Part shown: one piece after another, positions 23,201 through 30,182 of the stretch
How positions within the stretch are numbered: the stretch's first letter is position 1
Layout: each line of letters opens with the position of its first letter
IMG/VR virus record: IMGVR_UViG_3300021963_000121
Span: 1,667-65,666 of that record
From: a virus
Lineage: Duplodnaviria; Caudoviricetes
Length of the DNA: 64,000 nucleotides
Strand: one strand, 5' to 3'
Program-made: the position numbers and the translations under genes
The notes under the pieces: model-generated
Told to the model about the DNA's origin: nothing
Database searches by the model: none
The model's input: only the letters and a program-made list of their open reading frames with translations

Positions 23201-26166
23201 ACATAAGTGTCGTCAATATAAATTCGTGGAGTATATTTTTTGTATAGTCCTAGTTTTGTAGGTGTTTCGGGGATATAACTAAATGCTGTTGAAAAATATT
23301 CTCTTATTTGAATAATGTCATTTTCATTTAATTGTTTAAGAATTTTTACAAAACCAAATGTTGAATCAAATACATAATCAACCGCATGTAATTGCTGTGT
23401 TCCGTTTATGTAAACATATACCGCTTTGTTTGATTTTGTAGTTAAATCAAATTTTGTTGATAACGCAAATGTAGTAATTCCTTCATCTTCTACAACATAG
23501 TCAATTGATTTGAAAGCGCCGCTGCCGATCATGTCAGAATCAACAAACGGTGAATCTTTGCTTTTTACTTCTGTGACTTTTGCTAGAATATCATCAACTA
23601 GTTTAACAGTGTCCTGATTGTCAAAGGGCAACTCAACGGCCTTTGACAACAGATTAGATTTAAATTTTTCGTATTCAGACGAAGCAAATCTTAAAGATTT
23701 AACTATGTTAAAAGTTTTGTCAGACAACAACGGAAGTGCTGTGCTCGGCACGCCCGAATGTTTCATAAATCTTTTGCCAAATTGCTGATACCCAGTAATA
23801 TCTCTAAGATTGCTTGCTCCTGGGAATTCTCCTACAAAATCTTTAGAAAAATCAACCATAGACCCTAAATGGTCGTTGGCTTGCCCTAGAGAAAATTCTG
23901 TAATATCTTGATTCAGTGGATTACGCTCGATGCCTATTGGGAATTCATAAAATCCCTCATCTGGTTCAGCATCAGTGTATACTTTGATTGTTAAAACATC
24001 GCCTGGATTAAAGACTCTGTTAAATTTAAAAGTTCTTGACAGTGTTAATTCCGAAGTCCAAGAATCTTTAATTAATTTTCCATTTAGATAAAAATATATT
24101 TCTTCTCGAGTAGCTTGATTCCAAAAACACGCATTAAAATCAACTGAATCTGTTTGAGTTGTGATTTCTTGTACCTGAATAATTCCTTGATAATACTTTG
24201 TATCAAAATCTATCCAACCGTTGCCGTATTGATAATCTACAAGGCTTTCATTAATTTTATAAAAATTAGAAGCTAATTGATTTACAGTTGTATCAGTGCC
24301 TATTTGACTAGTAAACGTATCTGTTTCCCACGTTACTTCAAACAATATATCTCCAGAATTATTAATGTTTAGATAGCTGATAGCGAATCCTAATTCTGAA
24401 TCAACTGAGCCTGTGCCTACTTTGTAGCTTACAATAGACGTGCCAGCAAAACTAGAAGTACCATATTTTCCACTGTCTGATATAGAAATACCTTCACTGT
24501 CAAACACATCAAACAATGGAGGCTGATTAACTTTGGTTTTTAATTGACTCTTAGACCATATAGAGCCGTCATAATGATACATTAGACCAGCATTATTTTT
24601 ACCTTGTCTTACAATTAAACATTCGCCAGGCTGAGAATCTACATCTTCAGCTTCAACTAAACTTATCTGTTGTCTAGTTGTTACGTTAGAACTTGTTTGT
24701 ACTGTGATAAAATTTACCACATAAATTTTATTTTTAACTAAAGGATCCGAGTCAGCTGTAAAAAGAACTCGAGCACCATCAAACAAATTAACGTTGTCAA
24801 TGTTATAACCAGCAGTTCCTTCAATAGTAGAAAAAACGTCCTTGGTAAAATCATCAATTAAATCAATAGAGCCTTTGGCAATAATTCCGTGATTAAAAAG
24901 TTGTAGACCAGAATCGAATTCTAAAATAGGTCTTTTAGCTCTAGTGGACTCTGAAAGTCTAGGTGCCGCATCATTTAACGCAGCAGCATATTCAATTGTA
25001 GATCTATGAAACCATCGATTATAACGACTCCACGGATTTAAGTCTTTGCTTGCTCGATTAATTGTAATGTAGTCTTTGGTTGATGGATACGAGGTTGCAT
25101 CATCAAAAGGCAAATCGTCAAATCCGCCGTCATCAAAAACTACTGCCTGGTCAGGATTAGATATTGGTGGCAATTCTAAATCGCTGAATTTAACTAGACG
25201 AATACCTGTGCCTACTCCCTCAACAATCCAACTGCCACTGCTATATTGTTCTGGTGCTGTTCTTCCTAAAAATTCAATTTTAAGACCGTTAGTAAATTCA
25301 ATACCGTTTGTGCTTTTATAATTTGTTTTTCCTAAAATATCAGTATCAACATCTAAGAAAGTACTATCGGTAATATTACTGATTCTAAAAGCACCAACAC
25401 GATTAGTGTTACTACCGCTTTGGTAGTACAAAAGATCGGGGGCATCGTTAGGTACTACAAATTTAATTTTACCAACTTCGGCGCCACTGTTGGTAACGCC
25501 CTTGGTGTAATTAGATTGTGTTCCTAGAACATTGCTAGTTCTAATGTAAAACGGATCCCCAGGAGCATTAACGTTAAATTCGTATGTTTGTCCTCTGTAT
25601 AAAGTAAGAGGCGGGTTTCTAGTAAGTCCGTCAGGAATGAATAACCATTCGTTTTCACCATCTGATCTTACTCTGTATGATGATACTACTTCTTGTCCTT
25701 GGCCAGCAATTGACACACTGTCTGGACCACTTGGTAACCAATAGTAATCTCTATAATTTACAAATTTATCCCAAGCAATAGGCGGCGACCATGTGTAATG
25801 TTCTTGGCCTGTTATTAGATCATCTCTTTCTGATTTGTTGCCAAAGAATTTTTGTTGATTTTTAAAATCAATATAATCATAGAATTTACTTGTTCTATTA
25901 TTTTCTGTAACCGCAACACCAGGCTCTAATTGATAAGCGTATCTTAAAGATTTTTCAACGTCGAGATATACATCATTGGTGTTGTAAGTTTTTCCGTAAG
26001 TTCTACCAATATAACCAGTTAGTCGTTCTAAAGTTCCTGGTTGTACCAGTGCGTCTAATGTAGCTGATAAAAACTTATCGTTAGCAGGGCTCTTAAACAC
26101 CTCCGGTAAGAGGTCAACGGTTTTTCTAACTGGTAGCCCACTTTTCTTAAAAACTTTTTTGTCCAT
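11290..26166 (-). CDS. Giant (4958 aa) virion structural protein, baseplate wedge initiator (gp7-like position)
   Basis: Uninterrupted 14.9-kb ORF directly downstream of the gp6-like gene. Contains FG-GAP-like propeller repeats (FGSSVAI, IVGAPG, GAVYVF), W..xxY..GD.V.Y repeats and G.GY..P.V beta repeats. Confidence 0.75.
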   Translation of the reverse strand: MDKKVFKKSGLPVRKTVDLLPEVFKSPANDKFLSATLDALVQPGTLERLTGYIGRTYGKTYNTNDVYLDVEKSLRYAYQLEPGVAVTENNRTSKFYDYIDFKNQQKFFGNKSERDDLITGQEHYTWSPPIAWDKFVNYRDYYWLPSGPDSVSIAGQGQEVVSSYRVRSDGENEWLFIPDGLTRNPPLTLYRGQTYEFNVNAPGDPFYIRTSNVLGTQSNYTKGVTNSGAEVGKIKFVVPNDAPDLLYYQSGSNTNRVGAFRISNITDSTFLDVDTDILGKTNYKSTNGIEFTNGLKIEFLGRTAPEQYSSGSWIVEGVGTGIRLVKFSDLELPPISNPDQAVVFDDGGFDDLPFDDATSYPSTKDYITINRASKDLNPWSRYNRWFHRSTIEYAAALNDAAPRLSESTRAKRPILEFDSGLQLFNHGIIAKGSIDLIDDFTKDVFSTIEGTAGYNIDNVNLFDGARVLFTADSDPLVKNKIYVVNFITVQTSSNVTTRQQISLVEAEDVDSQPGECLIVRQGKNNAGLMYHYDGSIWSKSQLKTKVNQPPLFDVFDSEGISISDSGKYGTSSFAGTSIVSYKVGTGSVDSELGFAISYLNINNSGDILFEVTWETDTFTSQIGTDTTVNQLASNFYKINESLVDYQYGNGWIDFDTKYYQGIIQVQEITTQTDSVDFNACFWNQATREEIYFYLNGKLIKDSWTSELTLSRTFKFNRVFNPGDVLTIKVYTDAEPDEGFYEFPIGIERNPLNQDITEFSLGQANDHLGSMVDFSKDFVGEFPGASNLRDITGYQQFGKRFMKHSGVPSTALPLLSDKTFNIVKSLRFASSEYEKFKSNLLSKAVELPFDNQDTVKLVDDILAKVTEVKSKDSPFVDSDMIGSGAFKSIDYVVEDEGITTFALSTKFDLTTKSNKAVYVYINGTQQLHAVDYVFDSTFGFVKILKQLNENDIIQIREYFSTAFSYIPETPTKLGLYKKYTPRIYIDDTYVTPTKVIQGHDGSITVAFDDFRDDVLLEFEKRVYNNIKQEYNPRIFDIDKNFGGYYGNSVFDKSTVDSIIIADFLRWSTTVTNDLYTNLYFSDDNPFTYTYSRASDLNKTRQMPGHWRGIYFYLYDTTRPHVCPWEMLGFSEKPTWWEEEYGPAPYSSGNLLLWEDLRDGMIRQGPTQGINSRYARPNLLSILPVNEKGNLKDPIQTGCIIDYTISKDPSPFLFGDMAPVEYAWRKSSSYPFAMMVASSLLRSMEFVSNNFDRSVIGQNILDQIVSINTQQFITVDDIKHSINNSPTGLFSYIINYVRSNLVSTTSFYDFFDNFDIKLSSRIGGFVDKAQQKYLLDSKSPQSKTSGVFVPAEDYEIFFNVSSPSSVVTYSGVVIEKISTGYKLIGYDRLDASFQYYTYFSKFDDPVISVGGVSETYLDWIPEKFYAKGTIIKYNGKFFRTVQTHTSSATFDLKEFIEIQTLPLVGAVTAVRRTVFDKQQVLTLPYGSVFETIQSVVDFLLGYQEYLKDQGLVFDDFNNELLVSNDWETSAKEFMFWTTHNWTPGAIISLSPAALKIKITSVGSVADNLLDNFYDYSIYGNDGRKLGSDAVDVYRTYNELLIAPSDISVGIYFAKINFVLKEHVVVFNDRTIFNDVIYDKGPGYRQERMKVLGFRTADWDGDYTSPGFIFDVANIKPWEKFTDYRLGDIVQYKQFNYVSKLFQKGTDEFNRTGWEKLDSTPETGLVTNFDYKINQIEDFFEVDYQGINGEQKVMARHSIGYQTRSYLQDIAEDEVSQFKLYQGFIREKGTINAITKVFDKVSKIDADAVDLKEEWAFLLGSVGGVDQYKEIEVSLKQNSLKLNPQPILLDDRRVSKSEYQNYILLNANDYKVGNQDFKFPTSQYSVGNWTAGYVFEDDVDYVVKNITDIYQQDITKYKNGQTIWVTFTDTGWNVLRYRISNILVLAVAVVDPTTVVLETNRVHGLAVGTIVGLTNIKNLTGFYLIKAVGPTKIIVAINGFKEEPEIDQSSFCNVSYFIPARIPNSNPLISDEYSALPLGTKLWLDADDNNNWNVIERRKQYSVTEISEYGVSFPTGTGSAVEYLETRNQTIVSNPGRTVAVGDASREAAVIVYAQGIDGLVPLQILNPQSGLEDTFLGSYGDVLKTSKDGRWLIVASPNVSNVPSNYRETYSQTANYNEGDTVLYSGKLWTATRPVYSDGSTADFDPTDWAPATTHKANPLGKNIFDINQGYRRQGAIEIYEYDQGQYVFRDTLISPRPAHGEQFGSSVAIGKRQGIEGTSGDIVLTVNSIDTEGGISEVSVAGISGLADSVFSNISGVDVSTAGENATFDVSRFGGNYTVTVRSGGIRYVVGDRLKIIGSRIGGTTPFNDLIITVTAVSLTGEIIGSETYTNISGINSLIPTVAAVFTVSKVRSVYSVTATNAGLGYIPRSVVRFSSRIYACIKDTGIDRGVWEAGRTYYPGDIVKYPLASSTYYKVLSNIPEVFDEDVGAAIKKVSGVEPPNLAYYELATTIFPTNTEYWEQVSGGIYPTVAVPWQEKNSQGTLKKYVAGSTIYISGDQIGGTTPANDITIKVNQVDEFDAILNFAITGTASTGIVWDGQAAIGETTYNDLTGEDVSDPGSGAIFNIIRTSGNYSAVVNVKGTRYTVGDQIKILGTSLGGVKEAYYMIVGAPGSRDDQGRAYLYTYEGFSWKHLEDSSFLGVFSLSENYTAGATVWHDTSYWKAVVNHVADGSTVPAAPAWEQIVAINTGILPKSSAFVDDGSTIESGIFEGPVEFLNIGDRFASSIDMNQEGTILVVSAPLADSSEFDSYKGVWKSYQNYYEGDTVKRNNSYYTCLTDSINNIPEVTPLIWDLETNVDVSRTGSVFIYSKDENDVYHLIQTLDSNTVTELSNTESGDQFGHKVLLTVDGLTLFVSAPNVDMSGADQGAVYVFRLNNNVFEFDQKIQSVVIDADEKFGSNISISPNSSTLAIGAEGGETFKSTTFDAGETAFDRFVTTFKDPIGKTGKVYVYTQYLNKYILSEIFEDGLTNNEDFGRSISTSNNSIIIGSPSYLSDDPAFDQIRIGRIQKFTKQEGIESWTAIRRQTNGVDISKIKNLSFYNGDTNVKIADIDVIDPFKEKILSIVDQDIDYKTSYDPSIYSVGADESNTDEKQAWTENKVGTIWWNTSTAKWVFYEQGDTSFRLGNWSRLAFGSSIDVYEWIETTILPSRWAALSGTAQGTADGISGTPLHADDRYYSKKEFVDSITGKVNKTHYYYWVKDKTNLPINSNKTNPASSIANFIRSPLASGLPFAALLDENKIALYNAPYVIESDRFLMNIQFYNNDKNQNLIHNEYQLLAEGTTDLPNSELEKKWIDSLVGEDILGNEVPDRKLTDKSRYGILSRPRQTMFVDRNKAVEISIDYINSVLSKYPLADTISYDTLNMIDPAPAKVKNMYDATYATYEEILLINTFKTKTAVLKANIINGHINTVDVIESGYGYKVAPPIKILGTGTGAELLAVIDTFGRVTSVTVVKSGKKYSTATLQVRPFSVLVESDSTVNGFWSIWSFNDRSLEFYRSATQSYDTTRFWSKADWWETGFGEKSRIKYSLPGIYAEPEVELNVGELLRLEDYGAGGWAVLERVSTNATLLDKYRLIGRELGTIKISDRFYNKNTDSYGYDLTQSFDSDKFDTSSALEFRNILKAVKEDIFVNDLNSEWNKLFFVNIHYVFSEQLYVNWAFKTSFMNAVHNVGYVSKKLNYKSDNLSSFQEYINEVKPYRTKIRKYTSKYLNLDNAGLVTSDFDLPPVYNVDTNTIDPVTLGSALIDQYPWKNWFDNYKYSVTAITIVNSGIDYTTVPQVIFEGGGGTGAKATAFISNGKVTAIQLVSGGYGYTTRPIVKLVGGVGSNIQNAATAVAFIGDSKARTFDLMVKFDRYSKTGKFKSFSKNEKFIESETFVSGRSTYDLKYPSTTDKSKISVVVGNDKLLGNEYTITLFTREVDGYTQLRGRLTLPAPASGDVIVSYEKNDQILDSLNRLDKYYKPKQGMLGFEKTEVFDENSNLVEIKNDYSQLMTGIDYGGVIVQGATFDVGAGWDALPWFTEGWDSSETLDSDFYIAADGSTHTFTLPEIPKDGVELNIYQRKKSTGKTTRLDPDQMPTFIGDGSTSIVTIPDEILVEDNDVFIFRKTTSDGSLTIGGRNLLDANISGGSLSGMTAYSTALGTTAAEIVIDGDRFISPDQVPAPEENVPGQVLESVSIKVFHTDREGSPAVLSRVYIANGTTSLFDIGQSIIEQASVSVYVDKILKTLGTDFIVESSTNQIRFIGSAPVVNSVIEIFSISVGGIEILDVKEFLGDGETRYFLTGAAFAETQSIFASIDGIPIAAGWVNSNGRVNSIDQTLIEFGAPPALNRKIVVIALSAVSRSLVRFNQQSFEIDSAVRTYPINSFVTFEQSATSGSIVELNGNTLTSVDTVYVVYAGDPTIPIGLDPFRDFGSIIGSEIKVYINSSLKTFGVDYEFNGDTNIVIINTEVTGITHGDIVVIEDYSSVNFKIENNNIIIDPAVTLSDGDDLVIFWPDQYPQTELLKDLHTGGKVSYPIQRPVLSISYVRVYKNGIRLTPDIDYYVSNNNTAVYIKQETLETDIIEVLSYSNAVYNPPVSWEIFKDVLNQHHFNRYSINEIVLTTDLNYFDNTVTLNDAGSLPTPTFDKPGIISINGEKIQYFSKEGNVLTNIKRGLYGTSIATTHPVGSSIIDSSYTEYLPYKESQEKEDFISSGTPDDSTIGSAQTIGPLTFVPSKSSRVWEKITKVISGLVDQNTITVSSNTSLAVGQYVNGTGISADTRITAISGTTVTLSNNNTASVSGLGIFYTIPEDHGPCDEIEVFVAGRRLRKDPMYVYDSSVGSDSPQGDILIEAEFSVDGTTEYVRLTTVPAAGQRVTIIKRTGNTWYNLGAESVTNGSGMSQSTTPIVKFLQQATTKLP

Positions 26167-26168
26167 TA

Positions 26169-29100
26169 TTACTCGCTTGTTTTGCTAACAACCTGTGAAG
26201 TTAAAAGATTTAACTCGCCAGCTGTAATATTATTAAGAATTTCAATGTTATCGACTGTTGCTGAGCTAACTAAAATTTCATCTGGTCTTGCCTGTATTTC
26301 AATTAAACTGCCAAATGCCTGAGACTGTTGTTTAGGCACAAGTACCATACTGCTAATATCTGGAGCATTTTGTGTTGTCACATAAGTGATCAACTCGCTG
26401 GCATAAAATCTATCACCAAAATCCCAATTAGCAATATCAAAAAATTCATTAATAGAATTTATAATTCTAACTTTTAAATTGTTATCATTAATAGTTATCG
26501 AAGGATTTTTCACCACTTTAAAAGTTGCTTGAAACTCCGGTGCTGCTTTGCTGCCAAACAACGGAAAATATCTTACAGGATGATAAACTATTTCGTCGCT
26601 GATAGATTTTATTTCTGTAAGGTTAGTTCCAAATTTTATTCTCATTGCTTCCGATGTTGGCAACTCAGGTTCCGTAGAAAGATAACCAACCAACCAATTT
26701 CTATAGTTTAGATCATAAGTTCTTTCAAGTAGATAAACATCAATGATATTGCTTACACTTGGGTCAATTCTTCTATCGCTGCTAGCATTATGAATATACT
26801 GAAATTTAAGATTATCTCTGCCAATAAACGCAGAATAGCTAGGATCTAATATAAAAGATCTAGTTACTAGGTCTACACGTTTGATAACATTTTCATCTTG
26901 ATCATAAAAATAAATCAACTGATTGTGATCATAATCATTAACATTGGCATTAATTTCTTTGTCTAAAATTAATATTTTTCCATCAACGTTAGGGATATAT
27001 TTTAAATTTTTAAATCCAAACTCGTCTGTGGCTTCTTGGAAAAACAAATATTTGTTTGTGACAGCGGTACCAACGATTTCGTCAAACGCATCTGGGTTGT
27101 CTGCTGTGCCATCGCTGTCAGTGTCTATGAATGCCAGTTTAATACTTTCATAACTTTGATACCCATCATCATATCTTAACGAATCAGCAACTTCAAAGGC
27201 AATGTTTTGTTTTAGTATCTGATTTTGATTAACTAAATTTATAACGTCAGCAAGTGTAAAATCAATATTAGATGATTTCAAAGACATAATATCGTTGGCT
27301 ACATCAATGTAACTTTTAGCACGACCAGTTGGTGTAGTGTTAATGCCTAACACTTTAACTTGATCTTTGATCACAGTTCTGCTTTTACTATCGTAAATTT
27401 TTTCATTGCTGTCAAAATAAAATCTGTTCTGACTAACACTAGAAAATACATAATCTGTATTTCGTATTCTAACCAGATATTCTTCGCCATCAAACACAAA
27501 TGCTATTAACCAAGATGCGTCACTATTAGCATTAACAGTACTGCCAGCTTGACCTAAACTAAAATCATTGTTTAAATCGATATTTGTCGAAGTTACAATT
27601 TTCCATGTTCTGGAAGTTAGGTCGTATCGTAGGCCAAATGTTTCAGAAGCAAATGAAAGATTTAAAATTTCAGTTTCAATATCTGTGCTAACGTCTGTGA
27701 TAAATTTAGGCACTACCTGAGAAGGTCTTGCTCCTGTAGGAATCACATCACTAAATGTTATTGGTCCTAGGCCAGAATTTAAATTGCCTTTGCCGGCATT
27801 GGTTCCGTCACCGACAATTTTTACAACTCGAGACCAAATGTATTTTGTCTGTTCTAGATCCGCAGGATCAAAATTAACAATTTCTCCGTTTTTAAAAGCC
27901 TGAGATAAATTTGGATCTGTGATAAACTTAACCAATGATCCAACTTCAACAAATCTTAAGTTACTGCTGGTATACGAGCCGCCAACTTTAATTGGAAAAC
28001 TATCAAAAAAGTTTCCAAAATACCCAGTACATGCTGTGGTATCTTTAGTAGATTGGAGCCACTTAACGTTTACATCTGATGTAACTATTTTGTCAAAATT
28101 AGTTAAAAAGAAATTATAAGTTGAAAAGTCTTGTAACGCAGGCTCAACTGTGTTTCTTAAAAAATTTAAAACTATATTTTTGTTTGTGTATCTAAAACTA
28201 AATGTTTTTTCAACGTCTTTTCTATACAAATAACCGTCGTCAGCAAAAACATTCACTTTAGAATATTTTCCAGACGCATCAACAATGTCAAAATTTCTTG
28301 ACACGCCGCTGCTAGTTCTGTTGACTGCTTTTACTTTTAAAATATCTTGGCTGCTCGACAATGGAGCAAGATTATAATCTTCTCCAGTTATCATTCTGTT
28401 TTGTGTATAAAACAATGCCGGAGCTTTGGTTCTAATAGAATCAATATCTTCAGATACTGCTGAATTATCTACAGTATAGTTTAATCCCACAGACAATGTT
28501 AGTGTGTGTTCAGCACCAAGACTATTTCTATATTTTACTTCAAGATTAATGCCCTTCATTTCATTAGGGGATATAGTATACTCTAAACCATTGGATACTC
28601 TGTAATACGCTCTAAAATTTCCTTTAGGTAAATTGCCGTAGACACCGTCAGAAAATAACAAATCAACTTGATCGTTTTCTCTTGTTATAATAGAGTAGAT
28701 ATTTCGTTGATTGCTGTTGATGCTGTTATATACAACATTGTTTCCTTCTACTGAACTAACTTTTGTCCACAGAGCTGATTCAACTCCTTGACTGTTGGTA
28801 GAATATAACCAGAAATCGTCGTTGTTAATTCCGTTTGTTTGAATTGAAACTATTTCACTAGTAGTTGGCTGAACAATTGAAAAATCTGCGCTTTCTAATG
28901 AGCCTTGTTTAAACAACATAAAAAATCCAGTGTTATTACTTGAATTTCCTTTGCCGTCTTGTCTGTAGATAAATCCTATCTGCGTGCCTGGAGTAGGATC
29001 TTCTTCGTATATTGATTCTGAATTAATCACAGAAGTACTGCCAGCTTCAAACGTCATACTACGGCCGCCTGTTACTTTGCTAAAAGCAAATACTGGAACT

Positions 29101-29684
29101 CCAGTAGCTGTCGAATTAAAACGATATTGTTCAGTAGGGATCCCGTCAATGACTGCGCTGCCTTGACTTTTACCAAATTCAATATTTGGAATCATAGCAG
29201 AATTTAATATTAAAATAAATTGTTCGTACCAGTTAGGATTAGTTGGGTCATTCCAACTAATACTTTGTCTTGAAAGATTTAGACCGTTACTGTCAAAAAG
29301 ATTTTCCGTAGTGGATACTGATTCAAATTTTAAAAGTCCCGATGCGGCAATGTTTCGTTTAGCGTTATAGCTGAGCATTCTAGCTAATCTAAGAACGCTT
29401 TCTTTTCGATTGGCTAACTCAATGAAATTTTCTCTACTGTTTAAATCAATGCGGAAAGCAAGACTTTGGCCCAAAAACGCAATAAGATCAATGAGAGCAA
29501 CATACTCAGAACTTTCAATATAATCGTTGAAATCTTCCGGATAATTTTCACGGAGATACTCGATCATTACTCTGCGAAGATTTTCAAAATCGTAAGATTT
29601 AAAATCAGCATTTTTAAATGTCTGATAAATCCTAGTCCAATCTTCTGCTAGAATTAAATTATTTTGTCTTGAGGTAGTGGTCAT
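26169..29684 (-). CDS. gp6: Baseplate wedge protein, T4 gp6-like
   Basis: DFENLR...DYIESSEYVALIDLIAF...ENFIELA.R.SVLRLARMLSY; FSDGVYGNLP; EDIDSIRTKAP..FYTQNRMITGEDY. Confidence 0.85.
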   Translation of the reverse strand: MTTTSRQNNLILAEDWTRIYQTFKNADFKSYDFENLRRVMIEYLRENYPEDFNDYIESSEYVALIDLIAFLGQSLAFRIDLNSRENFIELANRKESVLRLARMLSYNAKRNIAASGLLKFESVSTTENLFDSNGLNLSRQSISWNDPTNPNWYEQFILILNSAMIPNIEFGKSQGSAVIDGIPTEQYRFNSTATGVPVFAFSKVTGGRSMTFEAGSTSVINSESIYEEDPTPGTQIGFIYRQDGKGNSSNNTGFFMLFKQGSLESADFSIVQPTTSEIVSIQTNGINNDDFWLYSTNSQGVESALWTKVSSVEGNNVVYNSINSNQRNIYSIITRENDQVDLLFSDGVYGNLPKGNFRAYYRVSNGLEYTISPNEMKGINLEVKYRNSLGAEHTLTLSVGLNYTVDNSAVSEDIDSIRTKAPALFYTQNRMITGEDYNLAPLSSSQDILKVKAVNRTSSGVSRNFDIVDASGKYSKVNVFADDGYLYRKDVEKTFSFRYTNKNIVLNFLRNTVEPALQDFSTYNFFLTNFDKIVTSDVNVKWLQSTKDTTACTGYFGNFFDSFPIKVGGSYTSSNLRFVEVGSLVKFITDPNLSQAFKNGEIVNFDPADLEQTKYIWSRVVKIVGDGTNAGKGNLNSGLGPITFSDVIPTGARPSQVVPKFITDVSTDIETEILNLSFASETFGLRYDLTSRTWKIVTSTNIDLNNDFSLGQAGSTVNANSDASWLIAFVFDGEEYLVRIRNTDYVFSSVSQNRFYFDSNEKIYDSKSRTVIKDQVKVLGINTTPTGRAKSYIDVANDIMSLKSSNIDFTLADVINLVNQNQILKQNIAFEVADSLRYDDGYQSYESIKLAFIDTDSDGTADNPDAFDEIVGTAVTNKYLFFQEATDEFGFKNLKYIPNVDGKILILDKEINANVNDYDHNQLIYFYDQDENVIKRVDLVTRSFILDPSYSAFIGRDNLKFQYIHNASSDRRIDPSVSNIIDVYLLERTYDLNYRNWLVGYLSTEPELPTSEAMRIKFGTNLTEIKSISDEIVYHPVRYFPLFGSKAAPEFQATFKVVKNPSITINDNNLKVRIINSINEFFDIANWDFGDRFYASELITYVTTQNAPDISSMVLVPKQQSQAFGSLIEIQARPDEILVSSATVDNIEILNNITAGELNLLTSQVVSKTSE

Positions 29685-29701
29685 GTATCGTTCCTATAAT
29701 C

Positions 29702-29708
29702 TATTTAT
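29702..29708 (-). promoter_or_regulatory. T4-type late promoter (ATAAATA)
   Basis: Motif on the minus strand in the gap upstream of the gp6-like start. Confidence 0.6.
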
Positions 29709-29736
29709 TTGATTTTATAATGTGCGCATTTTATTT

Positions 29737-30171
29737 TTAAGAACGTCGAGTATTGTCAAAATTAACTGTCATCTTTTCTTGTACATTGGTGTTGATATAA
29801 AAAAGATCTAGATCTATTCTAACACCTTGATCAACTACATTAACCTGTATGTTTAATGGTTGAACTCGAGGATCTCTGTTAACCACTTCCTCTACGTCTG
29901 CTTTAATTTTGTCTACAGTTTCGTCGTTCATAGGCTCGTATAACAGTGCCCAAATTCCTGTGCCAAACGACGGGTTTTCTAATTTTTCTCCACGCTTAAT
30001 ATTAAAATGATTTAACAGATCTTGCTTTACTAGATCTATATCATATTCTTTAAATTTTTCTTTTTGCCGTCTAGAATTAAAACCTTTATACAAAAATAGT
30101 CCGGTGTTAGACTGGCCAACACTGGCTTTAATTGTTTCAGCTTTTTTAACATTGTAAATTTTATTTGCCAT
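29737..30171 (-). CDS. gp25: Baseplate wedge subunit, gp25/GPW-like
   Basis: DLVKQDLLNHFNIKRGEKLENPSFGTGIWALLYEP...DPRV matches the gp25 family pattern. Confidence 0.85.
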   Translation of the reverse strand: MANKIYNVKKAETIKASVGQSNTGLFLYKGFNSRRQKEKFKEYDIDLVKQDLLNHFNIKRGEKLENPSFGTGIWALLYEPMNDETVDKIKADVEEVVNRDPRVQPLNIQVNVVDQGVRIDLDLFYINTNVQEKMTVNFDNTRRS

Positions 30172-30182
30172 AATCTATTTCC

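Noticed and set aside
11290-26166. Intein as the explanation for the giant protein
   Set aside because: No recognisable intein N-terminal block, LAGLIDADG motif or HN-(C/S/T) junction found by eye.
29722-29731. TGCGCA palindrome near late promoters (also at about 42779)
   Set aside because: Only two instances at inconsistent spacing from the promoter; insufficient support for an operator.
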